This document shows, piece by piece, positions 47,402 to 56,430 of a stretch of 64,000 nt of DNA (positions are counted from its first letter, which is position 1; each line of letters opens with the position of its first letter). The DNA comes from Kiritimatiellia bacterium (GTDB taxonomy: Bacteria; Verrucomicrobiota; Kiritimatiellia; JAAZAB01). The notes beneath the pieces were generated by a model. It saw nothing but the letters and a program-made list of their open reading frames with translations, made no database searches and was not told the origin of the DNA. A program made the translations under genes and the position numbers. Location: NCBI GenBank assembly GCA_040767085.1, contig JAXGPF010000006.1, positions 32,001 through 96,000 of the forward strand. Reading direction: 5' to 3'.

Positions 47402-49528
47402 CTAATAATACAGCCCGGAGTTGATCCCGCTGGCCACGACGCTGTAAAAAGCGTCGCGCACGCGCTGGTAGCCGGCGTCGTTGGGATGGTTGGCGCTTTC
47501 CGCCTCGATCAGCGAGGATTGCCAGCCGGATACGGCGGTGATGGCTTCGTAAACCTGCGCCACGGGGACATCCAAATCCGCGGCGATGTCGTAAATATAG
47601 GGATTGAACTCCAGAATCCGGGCATACTGGGCGCTGCGGTCAATCGTGGCGGTGGAAATCACCGGCGAAATCGTGGCCAGCACCAGGGGCATGCCCCGGT
47701 CCTGCGCCGCGCCGATCATACTGCGCAAATTGCTTGCGATTTGGGAATAGGAACGCGAGCCGCCCAGGTCGTTGATGCCTTCCATTAACAAAACCAGTTG
47801 CGGCACGTAAGTATCCAACATCGTCGCGAAACGGCCAATGCCTTCGCCCGTGTCTTCGCCGTCTTTGCCGACGTTGATGGAGACGAAATAATCGCCGAAA
47901 TGTTCGTTCAGCTTGTTTTCCAGCAGGATCGGATACCCGGTGGCGGGACTTTGCGAACTGCTGCCGTAGCCGTAAGTGATGCTGTCGCCGAAACACAGGA
48001 AATAAAACGACTGGTTGCGGGTTGCGGATACCGGCTGCCACGCGCCGCCGGCCCCGCCCAGGGTGGCCTGCATGCCCGCGTAATGGCTCCCGGAAAACAT
48101 CACCCCCCAGGCCCCGGACGCCACCTGGCGCACCATCGGATCGGCCTTGCCGTCCCCGTCGTAATCCGCCGGTTCCGGCCGGCAGCCGGCGCCGCCCCAG
48201 AGGGCGGATACCATGGCGTATTCCGCGCCGGACATCATCACCACCCACTTGCCCGTGCCGGTATGATACAAGGCCGGATCGGCCTTGCCGTCCCCGTCGT
48301 AATCCGCCGGCGCCGCCCGGTACCATGGCCCGCCGAATACCGTCCGGAGCGGAGCATACTGCGCGGCGGAGGACAAGATCAGCCAGACGCCCTGCCCTTC
48401 GTGCTGCAGCGCCGGATCGGTCAGGCCGTCCCCATCGTAGTCCGCCGGCACCGGCCGCCAGCCGCGGCCGCCGAACTCGATCCATAAATCCTGGTCCGGC
48501 ATGCTGGACGGCCGGACGCGCCAGACGCCCTGCGCCTCATGATACAGCGCCGGATCGGCGATGCCGTCGCCGTCAAAATCGCCGGCCAGCGGCCGGTATT
48601 GATCCCCGCCGAAGTACAGCGTGGCCATGCGGTATTCGTCGCGCGATTGCAGCACCGCCCACATCCCGGAACTTTCGTTATACACCGCCGGATCGGCCCG
48701 GCCATCGCCGTCATAATCGCCGCAGAGCGCGGCAAACTCGCGGCCGCCGAAGTTGAAGATCGTCTCGGCGTAATTCCAGCCGGACAGGTAAGCCCGCCAG
48801 GTCTGGTCAACGGCGTTATACAAAACCAGATCCGCCTTGCCGTCACCGTCATAATCGCGGGCGGCCGCCGCCCGCCGCCAGCCTTCCGCGCCGGCGCTGA
48901 ACTCGCCGACAATATCGCTGGCAGACACACCCCGCACCCGATATACATAGCGCTGCGCCGGCCGGGCGGATTCATCCAGGCAAGCGGTGGACGCCGTATT
49001 GGTCAAAAGGATTGCGGAAGCTTCGTCGTTGGTCGAGAGATGGCGCCAGACCTGGTATTTCACGGCGTAGGCTGCCGGCGCCCATGCCAAAGCCACCGCG
49101 TTGAACAGCGTGCCGGTGCCGGCCGTCAGACCGCGGGGCGCCGCCAACCGGCAATAGCCCATCGCGCCGGCGCTGAACGCGCTGTTGGTCAAGCCGTCGC
49201 TGGACTTGATCCAGTAATAATAGTAAACGCCCGGCGCGGCGCCGGCATCGTCGTAATACAGGTTGGCGGTTTCAGCCGTTAGCGATGCGGCTTCGGCCAC
49301 ATCGCCGGTATGGCGGAAAACAAAATAATTAGATGCGCCGGCCGCGGCTTCCCAGGTCAGATTGACCCGGTTGGTGTAATCGCCGGCGGTGGCCGTCACG
49401 TTGGCGGGCGGTACCAAAGCCAGCGCCGCCCCGGCGCCCGCCAGGCCGTACCAGCCGGCCGCGAGCGCCAGACGGAGGCGGCGCCGCGCGCCGCGCTTAA
49501 CCCGCGCCTTGCCCCGGCAAATTTTCAT
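47402..49528 (-). CDS. Secreted FN3 + FG-GAP repeat + SGNH/GDSL hydrolase
   Basis: Signal peptide; two FN3-like domains; repeated DYDGDGKADPALY; FGDSITYG, EGIND, HPNDAGY; ATGA overlap with the upstream gene. Confidence 0.85.
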   Translation of the reverse strand: MKICRGKARVKRGARRRLRLALAAGWYGLAGAGAALALVPPANVTATAGDYTNRVNLTWEAAAGASNYFVFRHTGDVAEAASLTAETANLYYDDAGAAPGVYYYYWIKSSDGLTNSAFSAGAMGYCRLAAPRGLTAGTGTLFNAVALAWAPAAYAVKYQVWRHLSTNDEASAILLTNTASTACLDESARPAQRYVYRVRGVSASDIVGEFSAGAEGWRRAAAARDYDGDGKADLVLYNAVDQTWRAYLSGWNYAETIFNFGGREFAALCGDYDGDGRADPAVYNESSGMWAVLQSRDEYRMATLYFGGDQYRPLAGDFDGDGIADPALYHEAQGVWRVRPSSMPDQDLWIEFGGRGWRPVPADYDGDGLTDPALQHEGQGVWLILSSAAQYAPLRTVFGGPWYRAAPADYDGDGKADPALYHTGTGKWVVMMSGAEYAMVSALWGGAGCRPEPADYDGDGKADPMVRQVASGAWGVMFSGSHYAGMQATLGGAGGAWQPVSATRNQSFYFLCFGDSITYGYGSSSQSPATGYPILLENKLNEHFGDYFVSINVGKDGEDTGEGIGRFATMLDTYVPQLVLLMEGINDLGGSRSYSQIASNLRSMIGAAQDRGMPLVLATISPVISTATIDRSAQYARILEFNPYIYDIAADLDVPVAQVYEAITAVSGWQSSLIEAESANHPNDAGYQRVRDAFYSVVASGINSGLYY

Positions 49529-50706
49529 GCGGTCCTCCCGGTCAAACTGCAATGGTCCAACCGCACGCCCTCGCAATGCCGGCAGACCAGGGTCTCGGCG
49601 CCGGCGGCATGCAGCGTCATATTGCTGAACGACACGTCCCGAATTACCGTTTCCGGACTACCCTTGATCAGGATGGGCCCGCCGCTTTTGACCCGGAAAT
49701 TGGCGAAACTGAATCCGGCCAGGCATGGCAGCGCGAGCCCGTCATCCACGTCAATCTTGATCGGATGCCGGCCGCAGTCAATGACAAAATTATCGAACAT
49801 GATGTTCCGGATATCCGCCGTGCCGCCGCGCGCCGCATTCAGATAGCGCCGGGGATGGTTGCAGACGACGCCATTGGCGCGGCTGGCGATGACGATATTG
49901 CTGAAGGCGCAGTTGCGGATCACCGCGTCGCTGGGGCAGCCGATCCGGATGCCCTGGCAGGTGCTGTCCAGCACGCAATTGCTCACCGTCACCCGCTCGC
50001 ACACCGCCGGATCGTCGTGCAGCCTTTGCATGGCCCGCAACACCAGGCAATCGTCGTCCGTGCGGATGATGCAATCGCTGACGGTGACATCCCGGCAGGA
50101 GTCCAGGTCAATGCCGTCGTTGTTGATCATGCGCTGGTCGCCGAGAATTCGGATCCGGCGGATGCTGACGCGTTCGCACATCATCAGCAGGAACGTCCAG
50201 CAGGGCGAGTCCGCAAACAAGGCGTCTTCGATGCGCACATCGGCGCATTTATGAAACATAACCAGCCGCGGCCGGCGGGCGGGTTTGCCGGAGGCGAATT
50301 TGCCGCCGGGCGTCAGGCCGGCGGCCTGGTCGTAAAATTGCGGCCCCGAGGCGTTGATCTCGCCCGGCCCGGTAATGGCGATGTTGCGCGCGTGCTGCGC
50401 GCCGATCAGGTAATCGGCCGTGCGTTCCGGCGCATTCTCGTGGTGGAATCCGGGTGAAACCAGCGGCCGGTAATCGGCCGGGTTGGGGCTGCCGATGATC
50501 CGGCAGCCGGGCGCGAGATACAGTTCCACGTTGTCCCGCAAGTCCACCGGGCCGGTCAGGAACGCGCCCGGCCCGCAGAACACCCGGCCGCCGCCGGCCG
50601 CATGGCAGGCATCCACCGCCTGTTGGATGGCCGCGGTGTTCATGGTCCGGCCATCCGGCTTGGCGCCGTATGCCGCAATGTCGAAAATTCCGCTGGATTT
50701 ATTCAT
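49525..50706 (-). CDS. GH28-like (pectin-lyase fold) glycoside hydrolase
   Basis: YGAKPDGRTMNTAAIQQAVD, DSPCWT, NNDGIDLD, TDDDC. Confidence 0.88.
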   Translation of the reverse strand: MNKSSGIFDIAAYGAKPDGRTMNTAAIQQAVDACHAAGGGRVFCGPGAFLTGPVDLRDNVELYLAPGCRIIGSPNPADYRPLVSPGFHHENAPERTADYLIGAQHARNIAITGPGEINASGPQFYDQAAGLTPGGKFASGKPARRPRLVMFHKCADVRIEDALFADSPCWTFLLMMCERVSIRRIRILGDQRMINNDGIDLDSCRDVTVSDCIIRTDDDCLVLRAMQRLHDDPAVCERVTVSNCVLDSTCQGIRIGCPSDAVIRNCAFSNIVIASRANGVVCNHPRRYLNAARGGTADIRNIMFDNFVIDCGRHPIKIDVDDGLALPCLAGFSFANFRVKSGGPILIKGSPETVIRDVSFSNMTLHAAGAETLVCRHCEGVRLDHCSLTGRTA

Positions 50707-50829
50707 GTTTTATTTTCTTTGGGATGCTACCGTTGTTTTTTGGTTTTAGCTCACTTAACGGGAAGGCTATTTCGTTCGTATTACGTGGTTTAAAACAACA
50801 TAAAGATTCATTGATCGCCATCTTACATC

Positions 50830-50888
50830 GGTAGGGCGACGTCTCCGACGGAGCCGTCCCGCGGCTCGCCCGGAGGTCTCGCCCTACC
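50830..50888. repeat. GTAG REP doublet (uninterrupted form)
   Basis: ggtagggcgacgtctccgacggagccg...cggctcgcccggaggtctcgccctacc. Confidence 0.85.
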
Positions 50889-51039
50889 TGACGGCTTGCC
50901 CAGCGTAGCTGCAGTGAAGTCCGTCAAAGCCGGACGTAGCCCGCCCGGAGGTCTCATTCTTCTGCTAATTTTACATAACCTCGAGTTCCGGCGGGGCAAG
51001 TCCACCGGGGGGGGGTAAAATTGGCTCGTATGCTTGATT

Positions 51040-52329
51040 TTACAGCCGCTGTTCTTTCCCCGCCGGACGCAGGATGGTTTCGCCGTCCATATAAGGCGCC
51101 AGCGCCGGCGGCAGCGCCACCGTGCCGTCGGCCTGCTGGCCGTTTTCCAGCAACGCCACCACCAGGCGCGGCAGCGCCACGCCCGAACCGTTGAGGGTAT
51201 GCACGAATTCCAGCTTGCCGGCGGCATTCCGGTAACGGATGTTGGACCGGCGCGCCTGGAACGCCTCGAAATTGCTGCAGGAGGACACTTCCAGCCAGGC
51301 ATTCTGGCCGGGCGCCCACAGCTCGATGTCATAGCACTTGGCGGCGGCGAAACTCAAGTCGCCGGCGCAGAGCGCTAAAACGCGGTAGGGCAATTCCAGC
51401 CGCTGCAACACATCTTCGGCATTGGCGGTCAGGGTTTCCAGCTCCGCATAAGACTGGTCCGGCGCCGCGAATTTCACCATTTCCACCTTGTCGAACTGGT
51501 GGACGCGGATCAAGCCCCGGGTTTCGCGGCCGGCGGCGCCGGCTTCGCGGCGGAAACAGGGCGAATACGCCACCAGGCGGACCGGCAGGGCGCGCTCCAG
51601 GATTTCTTCGCGGTAAATATTGGTCACCGGCACCTCGGCGGTGGGAGCGAGATATAACTCATCCGCCGGCAGGTAATACATATCCTCGGCCATCTTGGGC
51701 AATTGGCCGGTGCCGGTCATGGCGGCAACGTTGCAAAGATACGGCGGGGCGACTTCCAGATAACCATGTTCGCGGGTATGCAAATCCAGCATGAACCGGA
51801 TCAGGGCGCGCTCCAGGCGCGCGCCGGCGCCGACCAGCATGGGGAATCCCGCACCGCTCAGCCGCGTGGCGCGGCCGAAATCCAGCAGGCCCAGGCTTTC
51901 GCCCAGGGCCAGGTGCGGCCGCGGGGTAAAATCGAAAGCGCGCGGCGCGCCCCATTGGCGCACTACGACATTGCCCGCGGCATCCGCTCCCAACGGCACG
52001 CTGGCATGCGGCAGATTGGGGATGGCCAGCAAGGCGGCGCGCAAATCGGTTTCCAGCCGGCGCAATTCGCCGTCGCTTTCGGAAATTTGCCGGCCCAGCG
52101 CCTTCACTTCCTGCTGGCTGGCAGCCGTGTCCTGGCCGGCCTTCTTACGGCGGCCGATTTCCTCGGAAGCCGCATTGCGCTGACGCTTGAGTTCATCCAC
52201 CGCCGTCGTCAGCCGGCGGCGTTCTTCATCCAGGCGGCGCAGCGGCCCGAGAAAATCCGCCGGGCCGCGTTTTTTGAGGGCCGCTTCGACGGCCGCGGTA
52301 TTGTCGCGAATCTGCTTCAGATCCAGCAT
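51040..52329 (-). CDS. serS: Serine--tRNA ligase
   Basis: MLDLKQIR, PTAEVP, FRREAGAAGRETRGLIRVHQFDKVE, EVSSCSNF, HTLNGSG. Confidence 0.99.
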   Translation of the reverse strand: MLDLKQIRDNTAAVEAALKKRGPADFLGPLRRLDEERRRLTTAVDELKRQRNAASEEIGRRKKAGQDTAASQQEVKALGRQISESDGELRRLETDLRAALLAIPNLPHASVPLGADAAGNVVVRQWGAPRAFDFTPRPHLALGESLGLLDFGRATRLSGAGFPMLVGAGARLERALIRFMLDLHTREHGYLEVAPPYLCNVAAMTGTGQLPKMAEDMYYLPADELYLAPTAEVPVTNIYREEILERALPVRLVAYSPCFRREAGAAGRETRGLIRVHQFDKVEMVKFAAPDQSYAELETLTANAEDVLQRLELPYRVLALCAGDLSFAAAKCYDIELWAPGQNAWLEVSSCSNFEAFQARRSNIRYRNAAGKLEFVHTLNGSGVALPRLVVALLENGQQADGTVALPPALAPYMDGETILRPAGKEQRL

Positions 52330-52383
52330 AATTATCCTCCCTGCCGCCGCATAATTTCCTTGAAAACTATCGGGTAATATGGC

Positions 52384-53001
52384 ATGAACCTGCTAAATAT
52401 GCAAGTCCGCAAGCGGCTGATCATGGAACAAACCACCTATGATTTGAATCGGGCGGTGCACCTGGCGCGCTGCGAGGTGTTTTTCGACATGTCCGTGGCG
52501 CGTGTCCAGGAATGCATCGATGAACATGCCGGGCGCCGGCGCAAGGCCCACATGGAGACCGCCATCTATTTCCTCCAGTCGGCGCTGGAGCACGCCACCC
52601 TGGCCTCCAAGTCCTCGCGCGCCAGTCCTCAGGAAAAAGCCTTCGTCCGGTTTCTGCAACTGGTGCTCTGCCACCTGCGCTCGGCCGGCGCTTTGATGGA
52701 AAACGAGGAGGAACTCAAGGACACCGGCAGCCAGTTGTGGCAGTTTTTGAACCGCAAGTCCGGCGCGGCCGAAGCCCGGAAATTTACGCGCAGCAGCGAG
52801 CAGTTGCTGCAGGATGTGTCCCATCTGTTCGCCATGGCCCACGAGCCTTTACGCGACTTGCGCCAGGCGGTCACCGCCCGGATGGACGAAGGCGATACCG
52901 CCCGCCATGGCGCGGCGTTGGCCGGCCTGCGCGAACATTACGCGGACCTGGAACACCACTGCCGGACTCATTCCCGGCCGAATTTCCTGTTCAATTCCTG
53001 A
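52384..53001 (+). CDS. Hypothetical helical protein
   Basis: Fills the serS-mutL gap with protein-like composition; no recognised motif; start uncertain. Confidence 0.65.
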   Translation: MNLLNMQVRKRLIMEQTTYDLNRAVHLARCEVFFDMSVARVQECIDEHAGRRRKAHMETAIYFLQSALEHATLASKSSRASPQEKAFVRFLQLVLCHLRSAGALMENEEELKDTGSQLWQFLNRKSGAAEARKFTRSSEQLLQDVSHLFAMAHEPLRDLRQAVTARMDEGDTARHGAALAGLREHYADLEHHCRTHSRPNFLFNS

Positions 53002-54881
53002 AGCGAAATGTGGATCAAGGTTGGACGCCCGTGCGGACAGGTATAGGGCATGGCCGTCCGAATCAGCTGTTCCAGCAGGGCGTCCACCTGCCTCTGGTCC
53101 AACGGCTGCGAAGCCTTCACCGCTGCATGGCAGGCGGCGCGCATCGCCTGTTCTTCGCGGGTGGCGCGTCTGGCATCCGCGATGGCGCCGGCGGCGGTGC
53201 CGGCGTCATCCAGGCGGGCGGCGATGGCCGCGATGATTTCCGACGGCGCGCCGGTTTCCAGGCAAGCCGGCACGGCGTCCACGACAAAAGCGTCCCCGCC
53301 GAATTCCGCGATACCGAACCCGATCCGCTGCAACAACGGCAGGCAGCGGCGGACGCGCGCCGCATCCGTCGGCGGCAATTCCAGCGTGACCGCGCTCAAC
53401 AGGGGTTGCGCCGCCACATTTTGCGTCTCGTATTCGCGGCGGAACCGCTCATACAACACCCGCTCGTGCGCCGCATGCGGGTCCAGCAGCGCCAGGCCGT
53501 CGGCGGTTTCCAGCACGGCATACCGGTTGCCGACAAATCCCAGCAACCGGTACCACGACCATGGCGCTCCGGCGGCGGCATCTTCCGTTGAACTGCGCAC
53601 AGTCACGGCAGCCGCCGGAATTTCACCGCCCGGCTGGGCCCCATTCGCCGGCGGCACGGCGGTTTTGCCGGGACAGGGCGTAACCCCGCCGATCGCCGTC
53701 AGCGGCAAGGCGATCGGACGGGGCGGCGCCCCGCCCACTCCCGCGCCCGTCCAGGGACGGGCCTGCATGGCTCGCAAAAACCGGTCCATGGCCGGGAGGT
53801 CAACGCCGGGCTGGTCCTGCCCGAGTGCCGGCGCCGGCGCCCCGGCGGACTGCGCCCCGGCGGGCGGCGACGGCAGGTCGGCCGTCTCCGCCCTTAAAGC
53901 TTCGGCCAGCGCGGCGACTATGCCGTTGCGCACCGCGGCGGAATCGCGGAACCGGACCTCTTTCTTGGTGGGATGTACGTTGACATCCACCATGCCGGGC
54001 TCCAGTTCCAGGAACAAGAACAACACCGGATGCCGGTCGGGCGGCAGCACTCCCTGGTAGCCGGCGCGGATGGCTGCATACAAAACCGGCGCGCCGGCGG
54101 GCCGGCCGTTGACGTAAAGGTACTGCTCCCCGCGATCGCCGCGGCCGGCCGCCGGCAATCCCGCATAACCCGCGATGGATAAGCCCGGGTGGCGGTAGCG
54201 CACCGGCCGCAGGTTTTCCAGCGGCAGCGCGGGAAACAGCTCCCGCAGCCGCTCCGCCAATTCCGACTGCGCCGGCAGGGTGTAAATCCGGCGGCGGTCG
54301 GCGGTCAGGGTAAATCCCGTTTCCGGCCTTGCCAGGGCAGCCGTGATGAAAGTGCGGCGCACATGGTCGTTTTCAGTCGGCGCCGACCGCAGAAACTTGC
54401 GGCGGGCAGGCACGTTGAAGAAGAGGTTGCGGACTTCGATCACCGTGCCCGGCGCGCCGCCCGCTTCGCGCACATCCTGGATCTTGCCGGCGGCCATGGT
54501 GATTTCCGTGCCCGCCACGCTGTCGGCCGGCCGGGTATGCAGGCGGAACCGCGCAACGGCGGCAATGGCGGCCAGGGCCTCGCCCCGGAATCCCATGGTC
54601 CGGATACGTTCAATATCGGCCGCATCCTGAATCTTGCTCGTAGCGTGGCGTTCAATGGCCAGGAGGGCGTTGTCCCGGGTCATGCCGACGCCATTATCGG
54701 CCACCCGCACCAGGGTGCGCCCGCCGTCGGCCACTTCCACATCCACCTGGGTGGCGCCGGCATCCAGGGCGTTTTCCAGCAGTTCCTTCAAGACGGAAGC
54801 CGGGCGCTCGACAACTTCGCCGGCGGCGATCTGGTTGATCACATGGTCCGGCAGAACATGAATATTTCCGGCGTCGGTCAT
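52968..54881 (-). CDS. mutL: DNA mismatch repair protein MutL
   Basis: NQIAAGEVVERPASVLKELLEN, GFRGEAL, DVNVHPTK, DPHAAHERVLYE, ACH, CPHGRP. Confidence 0.99.
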   Translation of the reverse strand: MTDAGNIHVLPDHVINQIAAGEVVERPASVLKELLENALDAGATQVDVEVADGGRTLVRVADNGVGMTRDNALLAIERHATSKIQDAADIERIRTMGFRGEALAAIAAVARFRLHTRPADSVAGTEITMAAGKIQDVREAGGAPGTVIEVRNLFFNVPARRKFLRSAPTENDHVRRTFITAALARPETGFTLTADRRRIYTLPAQSELAERLRELFPALPLENLRPVRYRHPGLSIAGYAGLPAAGRGDRGEQYLYVNGRPAGAPVLYAAIRAGYQGVLPPDRHPVLFLFLELEPGMVDVNVHPTKKEVRFRDSAAVRNGIVAALAEALRAETADLPSPPAGAQSAGAPAPALGQDQPGVDLPAMDRFLRAMQARPWTGAGVGGAPPRPIALPLTAIGGVTPCPGKTAVPPANGAQPGGEIPAAAVTVRSSTEDAAAGAPWSWYRLLGFVGNRYAVLETADGLALLDPHAAHERVLYERFRREYETQNVAAQPLLSAVTLELPPTDAARVRRCLPLLQRIGFGIAEFGGDAFVVDAVPACLETGAPSEIIAAIAARLDDAGTAAGAIADARRATREEQAMRAACHAAVKASQPLDQRQVDALLEQLIRTAMPYTCPHGRPTLIHISLQELNRKFGRE

Positions 54882-54887
54882 ATGCGG

Positions 54888-55030
54888 AAAGTGTCCGGTG
54901 TTCAGTGTTCGGTGTTATACGGAAAATTCTCATACGAAGACACCCAGGCGCCAAGGAAGAATCTCTCGGTTTTCGTGGCTTCGCGTGAGATTATCTGCTC
55001 CGGCTTTGTGCCTTTGCCCCTTTGTGCCTT
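54888..55030. repeat. Composite repeat: heptamer array, imperfect palindrome, CTTTGTGC-like repeats
   Basis: aaagtgtccggtgttcagtgttcggtgtt; ctcatacgaagacacc...gtggcttcgcgtgag; ctttgtgcctttgcccctttgtgcc. Confidence 0.6.
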
Positions 55031-55062
55031 CTTTTATGCCACGCAAGGTGGCAGGGTACGAC

Positions 55063-56094
55063 TCATGTGCCGCCGGGCGGCGGTGCGCCGGCATGCAGGC
55101 CCGCCGCCGGCCTTTCCGGCAGCGGCACGGCGCGGATGCCGGTTAAAAAGCAGCGGATGGCGCCCAGGGGCAACCCCAGATCGGTCCGCAGCGGCACCAT
55201 GCTCCAGGGCAGGCTGCTGCGCGCCAGGCTGATCAAATCGGACTGCTCGGACTTCAGGGAAACATCCAGGAAGGAAGCCGCCCACATGTCGAAATTGCGG
55301 CCGCGGCCCCGGGCGTCGCGATGGGGGCGGGCGGCGAAATACATCGCCGGGATTTCCGCGCCCAGCGCCGGCACGGCATCGCGCTCCCGGCTGAAATTGA
55401 GCCGGAAAGGCACCAGATCGCCTTCGGTGTAAATATACACCGGCGTCTCCGGATCGAAGGCGGCCAGTGATTGGTCGTTGTGGTAGTTGGCGTGCAGGAT
55501 TTTCAGGAAACGCGAAACCTCGCGGCCCTGGCGCGCCAGATCTGCCGCGCCGACCAGGTTGGTGCTGACGGTATTAAACAGGTAATCGTGGCAGGCATAA
55601 TCCAGCGCGCCGGTTTCGACATTATAAATTTCGAGGTTATCCAGGAATTTACGCCGGCACAACAGGCTGATCCGCTGCTTCGAGCGTTTGACGAACAACA
55701 CGGCGTTGAGGTCGGGCATGGTCAGCACCGCCGTAATGCGGTTGTAAATCTGCACCATGCCGCGCTGGGCTTCGGCGCCTTCCGCCCCCGTGCTCAATAC
55801 GAATTCCACCAGGCAGGCCGGGCGGGCGGCGCCGTCCGGACCCGGCCAGCGGCCTTCCACGGCGGTGACCTGGGCATCGGCCAGTTGCTTGAGTTCCAGC
55901 CCCAGCAGGCGGTAAGCCACGGAATAATCCATGCGCACGGCCGGCTTTTCCGGCTGGAACCGCCGGTGCACCCCGGCCGTGTACTCATCCTCCGCGCCCC
56001 GCGCGGCGCCGGCCGCCAGCGCGGCCAGGATGACGGCCAGGACGGCGCGGCTACGCCCCGTCCAGGATAGGCGTTTGCAACGACAAGGATTCAT
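55063..56094 (-). CDS. Hypothetical exported protein
   Basis: Signal-peptide-like N-terminus (AVLAVILAALAAGAARG); beta-rich; no recognised family. Confidence 0.7.
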   Translation of the reverse strand: MNPCRCKRLSWTGRSRAVLAVILAALAAGAARGAEDEYTAGVHRRFQPEKPAVRMDYSVAYRLLGLELKQLADAQVTAVEGRWPGPDGAARPACLVEFVLSTGAEGAEAQRGMVQIYNRITAVLTMPDLNAVLFVKRSKQRISLLCRRKFLDNLEIYNVETGALDYACHDYLFNTVSTNLVGAADLARQGREVSRFLKILHANYHNDQSLAAFDPETPVYIYTEGDLVPFRLNFSRERDAVPALGAEIPAMYFAARPHRDARGRGRNFDMWAASFLDVSLKSEQSDLISLARSSLPWSMVPLRTDLGLPLGAIRCFLTGIRAVPLPERPAAGLHAGAPPPGGT

Positions 56095-56145
56095 AAAAAT
56101 CGAGGCATGATAACAAATTTCCGGCGCTTGGCCAGCGTAAATTGC

Positions 56146-56173
56146 TTGCCGGTTCCCCCGGGATGATTATAAT
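56146..56173 (+). promoter_or_regulatory. Candidate sigma70 promoter upstream of tolB
   Basis: TTGCCG-16 bp-TATAAT. Confidence 0.45.
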
Positions 56174-56199
56174 GGGAATATTTGCAAAACACGCGTTTC

Positions 56200-56410
56200 G
56201 AAAGTTTTAAAGTTTTATGGTGTTATGGTGTTAAGGTTTAACTGGTAACAGGTGTTCTCGGAACACTGAATGCCAGACACTGCCCCATAAGACTTTCTAC
56301 CAATCCCAACCTCAAAAAACCGTTGAACCTGAATTAACCTCAAATAACCGTTGAACCTGATTCAACCTCCGACAACCCTGAACACCGAACACTAAACATC
56401 GGACACTTTT
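56200..56410. repeat. Dispersed modular element (octamer tail, core, 28-bp internal duplication, heptamer tail)
   Basis: aacctcaaa.aaccgttgaacctga at 56308 and 56336; reverse complement of 43100-43230. Confidence 0.85.
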
Positions 56411-56430
56411 AAAGAGACGCAGGAGACATT

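Noticed and set aside
51007-51015. G9 homopolymer as a phase-variation tract
   Set aside because: Intergenic, downstream of serS, with no evident link to a promoter or reading frame
56308-56370. Possible mini-CRISPR (28-bp period)
   Set aside because: No unique spacers; internal duplication of the dispersed element
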